The notes under the pieces are model-generated. The model ran no database searches. It was not told the DNA's origin and saw only the letters and a program-made list of their open reading frames with translations. From positions 1,255,646 to 1,319,645 of the forward strand of contig OZ223237.1 of assembly GCA_965140455.1 (NCBI GenBank): a stretch of 64,000 nt of DNA, given 5' to 3'. Within the stretch, counting starts at the first letter, position 1. Each line of letters begins with the position of its first letter. The position numbers and the translations under genes were made by a program. Source of the DNA: Rhizobiaceae bacterium (GTDB lineage Bacteria; Pseudomonadota; Alphaproteobacteria; Rhizobiales; Rhizobiaceae). Positions 49,899-60,044 of this stretch are shown one piece after another.

Positions 49899-51385
49899 AG
49901 TTCGATCGCCAAACTCCGCCAGTCGGAACTGTCCGTGATTGGGTGGATTCACGGGCAAACGATGGCGGCACAGCGTTTGTGTTTCCGGAAACAGGGGAAA
50001 TATTGACCTGGCCAGACCTGAAAACACATGCAGAAAAAATTGCCAGTGATTTGACCGCACAAGGAATCTCGAAGGGTGAAAGCGTCGTTGTGATGCACCC
50101 CAATGGGCTCGAAGGAATCAAGGCACTCTTTTCCGCGCTTTATGGTGGGTTTCGCGTAACCATGCTTAACCTTGCGGCGGGTCCCGATGCTTTAGGTTAT
50201 GCAATGGAACATTGTGAAGCGCGCATTGCATTTGTTCATGATGCGCAGTTGGAAAACTTCAATCAGGTTCGACCAGACAATCTAAACTGTTTTAAGGCGA
50301 GCGGCGAAAGCACAGAACTGCACGACGTTGCGCCAGCCGACGATGCTCTGTTGATGTATACTTCTGGCACCACTGGACGTCCGAAGGGGGTCGTACACAC
50401 GCAATCTAGCTTGCTTGCTGGTGGATGGACCGTCAGCGTGGCGCATGAACTGACACCTCAAGATCGCGGTATGGGTGTTCTGCCATTTTACCATATCAAT
50501 GGGTTGTGCGTTTCCGTCATGGGAAGCTTGGTTTCAGGCGGATCGCTTGCCATGGTATCGCGGTTTTCCGCCAGTAAGTTCTGGGGGCAGGCCGCCGACG
50601 GGGGCATCACGTGGTTTTCCGTGGTTCCCACCATAATAAGCCATTTGCTGCACGGCGCAGCTGAACCTGAACCTTCTCTAAAGGCACAACTTCGATTTGC
50701 GCGATCCGCTTCATCAGCGCTTGCAGTGGAAACGCAATGCGCCTTTCAGGACCGTTTTGGGCTCCCGATAGTGGAGTCCCTTGGTTTAACTGAGACGGCG
50801 GCGCAGTGTCTGTCCAATCCGCTTGATCCAACACTTCACAAGATTGGATCGGCCGGCATAGCGATTGGCAATGAGGGCCGTATCGCCAATGAAGGAGGAA
50901 GGGAATGCGCACGCGGTGTGGAGGGCGAAATCCAGATCCGTGGCCCCAACGTCATGAAGGAATACCTTCGCAACCCTAACGTCACCGCCGATACCTTTCA
51001 TGAAGATTGGCTTCGCACTGGCGATTTGGGCCGTATGGATGAAGACGGATATGTCTTTGTTACCGGACGGCTCAAAGAGCTGATTATCAAAGGTGGTGAA
51101 AACATCGCGCCACGAGAGATTGACGAAGCCCTTTACGAGCATCCCGATGTTGTTGAAGCAGCTGCTTTTGCGCGACCGTGCGATCGCTATGGCGAGCGTG
51201 TTGAAGCTGCCGTCCGACTTAGCGAGCATTCAACAGCCAGTAGCGCTGACCTACGCGCGCTTTGTGTGGAGCGCGTTGGGCAATTCAAAGCTCCTGACGT
51301 TGTGCACATTCTTCCCGAACTACCCAAAGGTCCGTCAGGGAAAATTCAGCGGTTATATCTCAACGAGATGCTCTACGGGGCATAA
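49895..51385 (+). CDS. AMP-forming acyl-CoA ligase (ANL superfamily)
   Basis: 496 aa. AMP-binding motif MYTSGTTGRPKGV, TGDLGRMDEDGYVFVTGRLKELI, C-terminal PKGPSGKIQR. ATGA overlap with the aldehyde dehydrogenase gene. Confidence 0.88.
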   Translation: MKFDRQTPPVGTVRDWVDSRANDGGTAFVFPETGEILTWPDLKTHAEKIASDLTAQGISKGESVVVMHPNGLEGIKALFSALYGGFRVTMLNLAAGPDALGYAMEHCEARIAFVHDAQLENFNQVRPDNLNCFKASGESTELHDVAPADDALLMYTSGTTGRPKGVVHTQSSLLAGGWTVSVAHELTPQDRGMGVLPFYHINGLCVSVMGSLVSGGSLAMVSRFSASKFWGQAADGGITWFSVVPTIISHLLHGAAEPEPSLKAQLRFARSASSALAVETQCAFQDRFGLPIVESLGLTETAAQCLSNPLDPTLHKIGSAGIAIGNEGRIANEGGRECARGVEGEIQIRGPNVMKEYLRNPNVTADTFHEDWLRTGDLGRMDEDGYVFVTGRLKELIIKGGENIAPREIDEALYEHPDVVEAAAFARPCDRYGERVEAAVRLSEHSTASSADLRALCVERVGQFKAPDVVHILPELPKGPSGKIQRLYLNEMLYGA

Positions 51386-51407
51386 GAATTTTGCCATCAC
51401 AATGCAG

Positions 51408-52175
51408 TCAAGCTAGGCCGATGAAGATCAAACGACACCCCATCAAAAAAAATGCAACCAATACCACCTTGCGGAACAGCTCCTGACTGATCCGGCCTCG
51501 TATCACTTCACCAATTCGAAAACCGATTAGCACAATACAGAGCGCCAGTGCTGACTTTATCAGTACCTGAAGGGTCAGAATGCCAGCTACCAACTGTCCC
51601 GCGCCTAACGGAATTACACCGGCGAGAAACAAAAAACCGGTTGCGCCGATAAAGGTCTCCTTTGAAACATCGCGGGCAACTAGATACATCGCAACCGTCG
51701 GCGACCAGATTGAACTGATCCCCCCAAGCGTTCCAGAAAGGATGCCAAACCCAAGGTGCCATCCGCGCCCCGGTCCGATCTTAAACTTGATTGGAAATAA
51801 AAGATTGAGCGAAAACAGGACCATGGCAATGCCAATTGCAACCGTCAAAAGAGCAGTTGGATAATCAGCAATAAACATGGACGCTACGAAAATGCTGACC
51901 ATGATTGCGAGAGCAAACAGCCAGTATTCCCGGGCAATCATCCCTTTGTTCGGGGCATGGGCAAACTGCAGTGAATTGGTCGCAAGGATCGACAACCATA
52001 ATAAGGGAATGGCCTCCGCCGGTGGCATGATCAATGTCAGGAATGCCATGGAGGCAGCCGGCAACCCAATCCCCAGTACGCCCTTTATGATCGCGGCAAA
52101 CAGGAAAATTAGGACGAGCTGAGCCGCTAGAGCGGGATCGAAGTCTTGAACAAGTGTTGTAATCACTTCCATCAT
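51408..52175 (-). CDS. TauE/SafE (DUF81) family anion-export membrane protein
   Basis: The track ORF (to 52343) has a non-hydrophobic, basic N-terminal 56 aa. The internal MM start at 52175 gives about 255 aa with 7-8 TM and KGVLGIGLP / GTLGGISS repeats typical of DUF81. Confidence 0.7.
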   Translation of the reverse strand: MMEVITTLVQDFDPALAAQLVLIFLFAAIIKGVLGIGLPAASMAFLTLIMPPAEAIPLLWLSILATNSLQFAHAPNKGMIAREYWLFALAIMVSIFVASMFIADYPTALLTVAIGIAMVLFSLNLLFPIKFKIGPGRGWHLGFGILSGTLGGISSIWSPTVAMYLVARDVSKETFIGATGFLFLAGVIPLGAGQLVAGILTLQVLIKSALALCIVLIGFRIGEVIRGRISQELFRKVVLVAFFLMGCRLIFIGLA

Positions 52176-52430
52176 GGGTAAGTCTTCTCGTTCAGCAATT
52201 TTACAAGACTTATCGCATCGCGCTTGGATACATCCTCGACCTGCAGCTGAAATCTTTGTATATCTATAGCTATTCTCCTTGACCTTCGCCGGTCTCACCT
52301 TCACCGTTGTGCTGTGCAAACGCAACATTTTTAGACAAGACAATGCAATCAGGACGACATTTTCAGCAAATTCCAGGACTTAACAAAACACCTGAACGAA
52401 TACAGCGGGCCATGGATTGCACTGCTACGC

Positions 52431-53183
52431 ATGCTTTTTGAGTTACATGGCTGGCAGATTGCCGCGATTCTAGCCACATATCTGTTCGCGGCAACTGCCA
52501 AGGGGATAACAGGGCTTGGATTTTCCACAACTTGTCTGCCTATTCTGGCGTTGCTGGTGGGCTTGAAAGATGCCCTGCCTTTGGTCATTATTCCGTCCAT
52601 ATATTCCAACATCGTTGTGATGCGCCAGGCAGGACGATTTGGGGAAACAATCGGGCGCTTTTGGCCTATGTTTTTGGCCCTGTTGCCCGGTCTTACACTT
52701 GGCCTCTGGACACTCGCCTTCATTGATGGAGCATTGGCTGGAGCCATTTTGGGGATCATTTTGCTAGTTTGGTGTGCGTTTAGCTTCGCTAGGCCCGAAC
52801 TATCCTTGGCTGCGCATTGGGAACGTCCGCTCGCCCCGTTTTCAGGGTTCATAACCGGTATTATCAACGGTGTTACAGGTTCCCAGGTAATGCCGATGGT
52901 TCCATTTCTAATGATGCTGCGGCTGGAGCGAAATCTGTTCATTCAGGCAGTGAACTGCTCATTTACCCTATCCAGTATGATCATGGCGATGGGCCTTGGT
53001 TTGCTTGGCCTGTTCTCGTCGCAGGACATTCTGATCTCGGTGATCGGCGCGTGTTTGGTCACTTTTGGTTTGTCCGTGGGAGCCGCCATCCGGAACCGAC
53101 TATCAGAGACACTGTTTCGGCTGGGAATCCTTGTTATGCTATCGTTGATGGGGCTTGGATTGGTTGTCCCGGTATTGCTTTGA
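52431..53183 (+). CDS. TauE/SafE (DUF81) family anion-export membrane protein (paralogue, divergent)
   Basis: 250 aa, polytopic. KGITGLGFS and GIINGVTGSQ repeats. The antisense ORF 52349..52942 is rejected as a shadow. Confidence 0.75.
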   Translation: MLFELHGWQIAAILATYLFAATAKGITGLGFSTTCLPILALLVGLKDALPLVIIPSIYSNIVVMRQAGRFGETIGRFWPMFLALLPGLTLGLWTLAFIDGALAGAILGIILLVWCAFSFARPELSLAAHWERPLAPFSGFITGIINGVTGSQVMPMVPFLMMLRLERNLFIQAVNCSFTLSSMIMAMGLGLLGLFSSQDILISVIGACLVTFGLSVGAAIRNRLSETLFRLGILVMLSLMGLGLVVPVLL

Positions 53184-53543
53184 GCAATTTAATTGAAGTC
53201 TGCTTTGGTCGATAATCTCGGAGGACCATCACCACCTTCCAAGGTCAGCACCCCCCAATAGAATCCAATAATGCAGTTTTGTTTTCAAGTATCTGTCGCC
53301 CACAATTTGAATTTCTTGTGACTATTGTATTAGCGTGGCCAACAAATCTCTAAAACGGAGTTCGTTCCTTGCAATAGTGCAGTCGAACAAATGTCTGAAT
53401 TTGACGTTCAGTGTCGTTTCAGATCACAAAGTTCTAAAGGGTTTAAATATTTCTGACGGCATGTCTCAAAATGTGTCAAATTGCTAGAGTAGGGCGAGCC
53501 ACTGATAACGCTGCAAATTAACAATTGTTTTGTTTGTGAAAAA

Positions 53544-53619
53544 TGGTGGGCGATGACGGGATCGAACCGCCGACCTACTCGGTGTAAACGAGTTGCTCTC
53601 CCAGCTGAGCTAATCGCCC
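53544..53619 (-). tRNA. tRNA-Val (anticodon TAC), CCA encoded
   Basis: The reverse complement reads GGGCGATTAGCTCAGCTGGGAGAGCAACTCGTTTACACCGAGTAGGTCGGCGGTTCGATCCCGTCATCGCCCACCA. Cloverleaf folded by hand: 7-bp acceptor, anticodon loop TTTACAC, T-loop GGTTCGATCC. Confidence 0.93.
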
Positions 53620-53676
53620 TTAAATCAATATGATCTGACTAAATTTTCACCACTTTCACCTACTGGTTTGTGAAAG

Positions 53677-53753
53677 TGGCGCGAGTGACGAGACTTGAAC
53701 TCGCGACCCCCGGCGTGACAGGCCGGTACTCTAACCAACTGAGCTACACCCGC
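53677..53753 (-). tRNA. tRNA-Asp (anticodon GTC), CCA encoded
   Basis: The reverse complement reads GCGGGTGTAGCTCAGTTGGTTAGAGTACCGGCCTGTCACGCCGGGGGTCGCGAGTTCAAGTCTCGTCACTCGCGCCA. Anticodon stem CCGGC/GCCGG, loop CTGTCAC, T-loop GAGTTCAAGTCTC. Confidence 0.93.
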
Positions 53754-54002
53754 GTAGTTGATGTTTATCATCGAACTGGCGCATGAATTACGGTTTTGTT
53801 GCGATCAAGTCAAGCAAGATAATGCGCCTTTTCCAAAAAACTTGCGATCACGGTAAAAGCATCTGTTATACCATGGTTACAGATGCACAAATTACTTGGC
53901 TTTTGACTTGCGAAACTGCGCTAGGTGAGCTAGGCCATGGCAGAGGCATTATTAATCAGGCACCGTCTATAGTGGCGATGCAAAAGCTCCGGAGGCTTTT
54001 TG

Positions 54003-54368
54003 ATGGAACTGATTCTGAACGAATACCTTCCAGTAGTTATCTTTATGGGTCTTTGTATCGTTATCGGGCTGGCACTTGCCGTGGCACCTTTCCTGGTCGC
54101 GTACCGGGCGCCCGATGCGGAGAAACTATCAGCATATGAGTGCGGTTTTAACGCGTTTGATGATTCACGCATGAAGTTTGATGTCAGGTTCTATCTGGTA
54201 GCAATCCTGTTCATCATATTTGACCTGGAAGTGGCATTCCTGTTCCCATGGGCAGTCAGCTTTGGAACACTCGGCTGGCTGGGCTTTGTTTCAATGTCAA
54301 TTTTTCTTGCCGTTTTGACCATCGGCTTTATTTACGAGTGGAAGAAGGGTGCTCTCGAGTGGGATTAA
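54003..54368 (+). CDS. nuoA: NADH-quinone oxidoreductase subunit A
   Basis: About 121 aa. [29 protein letters not shown] 54003 lies 7 nt after GGAGG (the track starts at TTG 54000). Confidence 0.95.
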   Translation: MELILNEYLPVVIFMGLCIVIGLALAVAPFLVAYRAPDAEKLSAYECGFNAFDDSRMKFDVRFYLVAILFIIFDLEVAFLFPWAVSFGTLGWLGFVSMSIFLAVLTIGFIYEWKKGALEWD

Positions 54369-54421
54369 TCCCTCACTCATGATGTCACGGGGCAGAGACA
54401 GTTAGACTGAGAAGAGATCGC

Positions 54422-54991
54422 ATGAGCAACACAACTCTAATCGCACCACAACCAAAGGGTATCATCGACCCTAAAACGGGTGAGCCAATTGGTTCCGATG
54501 ATGCTTATTTCGGTGAAATCAACAATGAACTGGCCGATAAAGGGTTCATAGTTACCTCCACAGATGATTTGATCAACTGGGCCCGGACAGGCTCTTTGAT
54601 GTGGATGACGTTCGGACTGGCCTGTTGCGCCGTTGAAATGATGCAGATGTCCATGCCGCGTTATGATGCGGAACGGTTCGGCTTTGCGCCACGTGCCTCC
54701 CCAAGACAATCCGATGTGATGATCGTGGCAGGCACTTTGACCAACAAAATGGCACCGGCACTTCGCAAGGTGTACGACCAGATGCCTGAGCCAAGATACG
54801 TGATCTCCATGGGATCATGTGCCAATGGTGGTGGCTACTATCATTACTCCTATTCAGTGGTTCGCGGTTGTGATCGGGTTGTCCCGGTAGATATTTATGT
54901 GCCCGGTTGCCCTCCCACTGCTGAAGCTTTGCTGTACGGTGTAATGCTACTGCAAAAGAAAATCCGAAGAACTGGCACAATTGAACGATAG
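54422..54991 (+). CDS. nuoB: NADH-quinone oxidoreductase subunit B
   Basis: 189 aa. [29 protein letters not shown] (N2 cluster ligands). Confidence 0.97.
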   Translation: MSNTTLIAPQPKGIIDPKTGEPIGSDDAYFGEINNELADKGFIVTSTDDLINWARTGSLMWMTFGLACCAVEMMQMSMPRYDAERFGFAPRASPRQSDVMIVAGTLTNKMAPALRKVYDQMPEPRYVISMGSCANGGGYYHYSYSVVRGCDRVVPVDIYVPGCPPTAEALLYGVMLLQKKIRRTGTIER

Positions 54992-55005
54992 ATGGGCGAG
55001 CCGTT

Positions 55006-55635
55006 ATGGATGACAAATCTGATACCGTTGAAGAGGTACCCGCGAACAAAGCTTTGGCGGACCTGGTAAACAGCGAACTTTCAGGCAGCATCAAAGAAGT
55101 TGTTGAAGCCTACGGTGAATTGAACTTGACTGTAGATCGCGATTCAATCGTGCAGGTGCTGCGTTTCCTGCATGATGACAGCAGGACGCAATTCATTTCA
55201 ATGATTGATATTTGTGGTGTGGATTACCCTGGGGACGCAGAGCGTTTTGAGGTGGTATATCATCTCCTCAGTCCAAAACAGAACGCTCGTATAAGGGTCA
55301 AGCTGAGAACCAGTGAAGATGCTCCGGTGCCGAGTGTGACAGCTGTATATCCAGGAGCGGATTGGTTTGAGCGCGAGGCTTACGACATGTATGGCATTCT
55401 GTTCACGGGTCATCCGGATCTTAGACGCATTCTCACAGACTACGGTTTTGACGGTCATCCTCTACGCAAGGACTTCCCGCTAACTGGTTATGTTGAGGTC
55501 AGATACGATGATGAAGCAAAACGCGTTGTCTATGAACCTGTACAGTTGAGACAGGAATTCCGCGATTTTGATTATGAGAGCCCTTGGGAAGGTACAGACT
55601 ATATCCTTCCGGGTGACGAAAAAGCGGATACGTGA
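55006..55635 (+). CDS. nuoC: NADH-quinone oxidoreductase subunit C
   Basis: 209 aa. [40 protein letters not shown] signature. Confidence 0.96.
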   Translation: MDDKSDTVEEVPANKALADLVNSELSGSIKEVVEAYGELNLTVDRDSIVQVLRFLHDDSRTQFISMIDICGVDYPGDAERFEVVYHLLSPKQNARIRVKLRTSEDAPVPSVTAVYPGADWFEREAYDMYGILFTGHPDLRRILTDYGFDGHPLRKDFPLTGYVEVRYDDEAKRVVYEPVQLRQEFRDFDYESPWEGTDYILPGDEKADT

Positions 55636-55691
55636 GGTAAAGATGGCTGAGAGAAGCATCTGTTTTCTGGTGATGCGGAAGGTGATCAATC

Positions 55692-56882
55692 ATGACCGAG
55701 CATAACGTTCGAAATTTTAACATCAATTTTGGCCCACAACATCCGGCAGCTCACGGCGTGTTGCGACTGGTGCTGGAATTGGATGGCGAGGTTGTGGAGC
55801 GTGTTGATCCACATATCGGGTTACTGCACCGGGGAACGGAAAAGCTGATCGAGCACAAGACCTATCTTCAGGCTGTTCCTTATTTTGATCGGCTGGACTA
55901 CGTGGCTCCAATGAACCAGGAGCATGCCTTCTCCCTTGCAGTGGAGAAACTGGCCGGAATTGAAGTGCCACGTCGCGCGCAACTGATCCGGGTATTGTAC
56001 TCTGAAATTGGCCGTATCCTCTCTCATTTGCTCAATGTCACGACCCAGGCAATGGACGTGGGTGCATTAACACCGCCGCTTTGGGGATTTGAAGAGCGTG
56101 AGAAGCTTATGGTCTTCTACGAAAGAGCATGCGGTGCAAGAATGCATGCTGCTTATTTCCGTCCTGGTGGAGTGCATCAGGACCTACCAGATGACCTGAT
56201 TGATGACATTGATGAATGGTGCGATCCGTTCCTCAAAGTGGTTGACGATATTGATCGCCTGCTCACTGAAAACCGGATTTTCAAACAACGTAATGTAGAT
56301 ATCGGCATCATTAGCCTTGAAGATGCATGGGCATGGGGCTTTTCAGGCGTAATGGTTCGCGGTTCAGGTGCTGCTTGGGATCTTAGAAAAAGCCAGCCTT
56401 ATGAATGCTACGAGGAGATGGAATTTGACATCCCCGTTGGCAACAACAACGACAACTATGATCGCTACTTGATCCGCATGGAAGAGATGCGTCAATCAGT
56501 GAAGATCATGAAGCAATGTGTGAAAAAACTTCGTGTGCCAGATGGGCAGGGGCCGGTGTCAGCAACAGATGGTAAGTTCGTGCCGCCTAAGCGTGATGAA
56601 ATGAAACGTTCAATGGAAGCGTTAATCCATCACTTCAAGCTCTATACAGAAGGGTATCACGTACCGGCTGGCGAGGTTTACTGTGCAGTTGAAGCACCTA
56701 AGGGTGAATTCGGTGTTTACCTGGTGGCTGACGGCACCAACAAACCTTACCGTTGCAAGCTGCGAGCCCCTGGTTATGCACACCTTCAAGCGATGGATTA
56801 TATGTGCCGCGGCCATCTTTTGGCGGACGTATCGGCAATTCTGGGCTCTCTCGATATCGTGTTCGGAGAGGTGGATCGATAA
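55692..56882 (+). CDS. nuoD: NADH-quinone oxidoreductase subunit D
   Basis: 396 aa. [26 protein letters not shown]-terminal [13 protein letters not shown]. Confidence 0.97.
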   Translation: MTEHNVRNFNINFGPQHPAAHGVLRLVLELDGEVVERVDPHIGLLHRGTEKLIEHKTYLQAVPYFDRLDYVAPMNQEHAFSLAVEKLAGIEVPRRAQLIRVLYSEIGRILSHLLNVTTQAMDVGALTPPLWGFEEREKLMVFYERACGARMHAAYFRPGGVHQDLPDDLIDDIDEWCDPFLKVVDDIDRLLTENRIFKQRNVDIGIISLEDAWAWGFSGVMVRGSGAAWDLRKSQPYECYEEMEFDIPVGNNNDNYDRYLIRMEEMRQSVKIMKQCVKKLRVPDGQGPVSATDGKFVPPKRDEMKRSMEALIHHFKLYTEGYHVPAGEVYCAVEAPKGEFGVYLVADGTNKPYRCKLRAPGYAHLQAMDYMCRGHLLADVSAILGSLDIVFGEVDR

Positions 56883-57319
56883 TGAAACGGGGCATTCCAA
56901 TTCTGGCTGCTTTTGTGATCACAGCCTGTTCCTCGACCACTTCACCGGTCACTTCGGAACAGCAGGAGTACCCGAAATTGGAAAAACGGGCTCTGGAAAA
57001 TATTATGTGTATTTTCGAAAACCAGACCCGTTGCGATCATATTATTGAAAACAGAACCATCTTTGCTCGATTCTTCGCACCTGCCGATCTTGGAGGGCTT
57101 TCTGCAAAACAGAAAATCAGGGGCCGCCGCGTGACTACCAAATTTGTAGTTGAGGCAGCTGCCTCCATTCAGCAATGTCAACGCACATCATCAGAAACAA
57201 TATCACTTATAAAGGACGTAAAAATTTCTGGCGGAACCTATCGCGTCGAAGGCACCAAGCCTTTGGAGCAGGGGCAGTCAGTATGCTTTATTGCTCCTGA
57301 ACCTACGGAAGGCTCTTAA
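56882..57319 (+). CDS. Small lipoprotein of unknown function inserted between nuoD and nuoE
   Basis: The track ORF starts at 56753, inside nuoD. ATG 56882 overlaps the nuoD stop (TAATG) and gives [16 protein letters not shown] with lipobox I-T-A-C. 145 aa. Its stop abuts the nuoE ATG. Confidence 0.6.
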   Translation: MKRGIPILAAFVITACSSTTSPVTSEQQEYPKLEKRALENIMCIFENQTRCDHIIENRTIFARFFAPADLGGLSAKQKIRGRRVTTKFVVEAAASIQQCQRTSSETISLIKDVKISGGTYRVEGTKPLEQGQSVCFIAPEPTEGS

Positions 57320-58333
57320 ATGTCTGTTCGTCGTTTGGCTGAAGATACGCTCCAGCCAGAAAAATTCAATTTCAACCGCTCTAACACCTCAGTGGCGAAA
57401 GGGTGGATTAAGAAATATCCGAAAGACCGTAAAGCGTCAGCGGTTATTCCTTTGTTGATGATTGCTCAGGAACAAGAGGGTTGGGTTACCCGTGCTTCCA
57501 TCGAGCATATCGCTGAGATGCTGGAGATGCCGTATATCCGCGTGCTGGAAGTGGCCACTTTCTATACGCAGTTTATGCTGCAGCCGGTAGGCACTAAGGC
57601 ACACATTCAGGTTTGTGGAACCACGCCATGCATGCTGCGCGGCTCTGAAGAGCTGATGAAAGTCTGCAAACGCAAGATCAATGAGCAGCAATTCGAAACA
57701 AATGCTGAAGGTACTCTTTCCTGGGAAGAAGTTGAATGCCAGGGTGCTTGCGTAAATGCGCCAATGGTTATGATTTTCAAAGATACATACGAAGACCTAA
57801 CTCCAGAGCGCCTTGAGGAAATCATTGATGCTTTTGAAGCCGGTAAGGGCGCTGACATCAATCCGGGACCACAGATAGATAGAATCTATTCAGCTCCAAT
57901 CGGAGGTCCAACCACGCTTACAGATAGTCCAGACGTGAAATCTGGTTCAAGAAGCTCAAAGTCAAAGTCTGCAAAATCAAATGGTGCGGCAAAGCCGACT
58001 GCTAAACCGGTTGCAGCCAAAGCAGTCGCTTCCGCTGAAGCGGCAAGCCTGGATGACAAAAACCGTCCTCCACAAATGGAGAAACCAGCTACGCCGGATG
58101 ATCTGAAGCTGATTTCCGGTGTTGGTCCGAAACTGGAGGGTGTCTTGAACGGTTTGGGTATCTACACTTTCGCGCAGGTTTCCAAGTGGAAAAAGAAAGA
58201 AATTGACTGGGTAGACGGCTATTTGAAGTTCAAGGGACGAATTGAACGAGACGATTGGTTGAAACAGGCTAAAGCGCTCGCCAAAGGTGGCGTTGAGGAA
58301 TACGTCAAGGTATTCGGCAAGAAACCGCGATAA
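57320..58333 (+). CDS. nuoE: NADH-quinone oxidoreductase subunit E with long C-terminal extension
   Basis: 337 aa. Core with CGTTPCMLRG ... CQGACVNAP (2Fe-2S). It is followed by a K/S/A-rich linker and a 78-aa module (DDLKLISGVGPKLEG...AKALAKGGVEEYVKVFGKKPR). Confidence 0.95.
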   Translation: MSVRRLAEDTLQPEKFNFNRSNTSVAKGWIKKYPKDRKASAVIPLLMIAQEQEGWVTRASIEHIAEMLEMPYIRVLEVATFYTQFMLQPVGTKAHIQVCGTTPCMLRGSEELMKVCKRKINEQQFETNAEGTLSWEEVECQGACVNAPMVMIFKDTYEDLTPERLEEIIDAFEAGKGADINPGPQIDRIYSAPIGGPTTLTDSPDVKSGSRSSKSKSAKSNGAAKPTAKPVAAKAVASAEAASLDDKNRPPQMEKPATPDDLKLISGVGPKLEGVLNGLGIYTFAQVSKWKKKEIDWVDGYLKFKGRIERDDWLKQAKALAKGGVEEYVKVFGKKPR

Positions 58334-58352
58334 GGTGTTTAGGTGAACTGAG

Positions 58353-59675
58353 ATGCTTCAAGACAAAGACAGAATTTTTACAAACATCTACGGCCTTCAT
58401 GACAAATCCCTGAAAGGCGCTATGAAACGTGGACATTGGGATGGCACGAAAAAGTTCATCGACAAGGGAGCCGATTGGATCATTGATCAGGTCAAGGCTT
58501 CCGGTTTGCGTGGCCGTGGCGGTGCTGGGTTCCCGACCGGCCTGAAATGGTCTTTCATGCCCAAGCCGGAACGTTCTGACGGTCGCCCATCTTACCTCGT
58601 GATCAACGCTGATGAGTCTGAGCCGGGAACATGTAAAGACCGCGATATCATGCGCCATGATCCGCATACCTTGATTGAAGGATGCCTGATCGCGTCTTTC
58701 GCGATGAACGCGCATGCCTGTTACATATATATTCGCGGTGAATACATCCGTGAACGTGAAGCACTGCAGGCAGCAATTGATGAATGCTACGATGCTGGAT
58801 TGCTCGGTAAAGGCAATAAACACGGCTGGGATTTCGACCTCTACCTGCATCATGGAGCAGGCGCATACATTTGCGGTGAAGAAACCGCCTTGCTTGAGTC
58901 GCTTGAAGGCAAAAAAGGCCAGCCACGCTTGAAGCCGCCATTCCCGGCCAATGTGGGCCTGTATGGTTGTCCAACAACCGTGAACAATGTGGAATCTGTA
59001 GCGGTTGTGCCAACTATTCTTCGTAGAGGCGCTGACTGGTTTGCTTCATTCGGTGAAGAGCGTAACGCTGGTACAAAACTTTTCTGTGTATCCGGACACG
59101 TGGAAAAGCCGTGTACCTTCGAAGAAGTTATGTCCATTCCGTTCCGCGAAATGATTGAACGCCATTGTGGTGGCATAATTGGCGGATGGGACAATCTTCT
59201 GGCTGTTATCCCGGGTGGATCATCGGTTCGTTGTGTACCTGCTGACCAGATTATCGATTGTAAGATGGATTTTGATAGCCTGATGGCTCTTAAGTCGGGC
59301 CTTGGTACCGCTGCTGTTATTGTCATGAACAAGGAAACAGATATCATCCGCGCGATCGCTCGCCTAGCTTACTTCTACAAGCATGAGAGCTGTGGCCAGT
59401 GTACGCCTTGTCGTGAAGGTACTGGTTGGATGTGGCGGGTTCTTACCCGCATGGCAGAGGGCCGCGCTCAGAAAAAAGAAATCGACATGTTGCTAGAGGT
59501 CACCAAGCAGGTTGAGGGCCATACAATCTGCGCCCTTGGCGATGCTGCTGCATGGCCGATTCAGGGTCTAATCACTCACTTCCGCGATGAGATTGAAGCG
59601 CGCATCGACAGCTATTCAGCCAGATCAGATGCGGACGGAGCAGTGAGCGATAAAGTGCTGGAGGCTGCCGAGTAA
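58353..59675 (+). CDS. nuoF: NADH-quinone oxidoreductase subunit F
   Basis: 440 aa. [16 protein letters not shown] (FMN), [12 protein letters not shown] (N3). Confidence 0.97.
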   Translation: MLQDKDRIFTNIYGLHDKSLKGAMKRGHWDGTKKFIDKGADWIIDQVKASGLRGRGGAGFPTGLKWSFMPKPERSDGRPSYLVINADESEPGTCKDRDIMRHDPHTLIEGCLIASFAMNAHACYIYIRGEYIREREALQAAIDECYDAGLLGKGNKHGWDFDLYLHHGAGAYICGEETALLESLEGKKGQPRLKPPFPANVGLYGCPTTVNNVESVAVVPTILRRGADWFASFGEERNAGTKLFCVSGHVEKPCTFEEVMSIPFREMIERHCGGIIGGWDNLLAVIPGGSSVRCVPADQIIDCKMDFDSLMALKSGLGTAAVIVMNKETDIIRAIARLAYFYKHESCGQCTPCREGTGWMWRVLTRMAEGRAQKKEIDMLLEVTKQVEGHTICALGDAAAWPIQGLITHFRDEIEARIDSYSARSDADGAVSDKVLEAAE

Positions 59676-59679
59676 AACG

Positions 59680-60042
59680 ATGCCAAGCAACATTTACACA
59701 TTGCTGCAACAAAACATCCAGGTGGTTACATCTGATCAGGTGGAACTACCAAGCAGTTCGTATCTATGGATTGCTGTCGGTGTAACGGTTCTTCTATGTG
59801 TTTTATCCCTTGCTTTAATTAAAGTTCTGGAGCCGCAATTTCCTAAGCTAATAAATGGCCTCGTCCGGATTTTGGGTATAGCATGTGTTGCATTCTTGTT
59901 GGTTTCGACTGCCAATGATCTCTTTTTGATCTTTGATGTACCAATTTTGCGATTGCCAGCATCAATTGTATTTGCACTTGCTTTACTGGTTAGTGTTGCA
60001 TTTTCACTCTTTGGCAATCGAACAAGAACAGGGGCCGTGTAG
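59680..60042 (+). CDS. Small integral membrane protein (nuo-embedded URF)
   Basis: 120 aa with three hydrophobic helices. Starts 4 nt after the nuoF stop, and the next gene starts 2 nt after its stop. Confidence 0.55.
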   Translation: MPSNIYTLLQQNIQVVTSDQVELPSSSYLWIAVGVTVLLCVLSLALIKVLEPQFPKLINGLVRILGIACVAFLLVSTANDLFLIFDVPILRLPASIVFALALLVSVAFSLFGNRTRTGAV

Positions 60043-60044
60043 AT

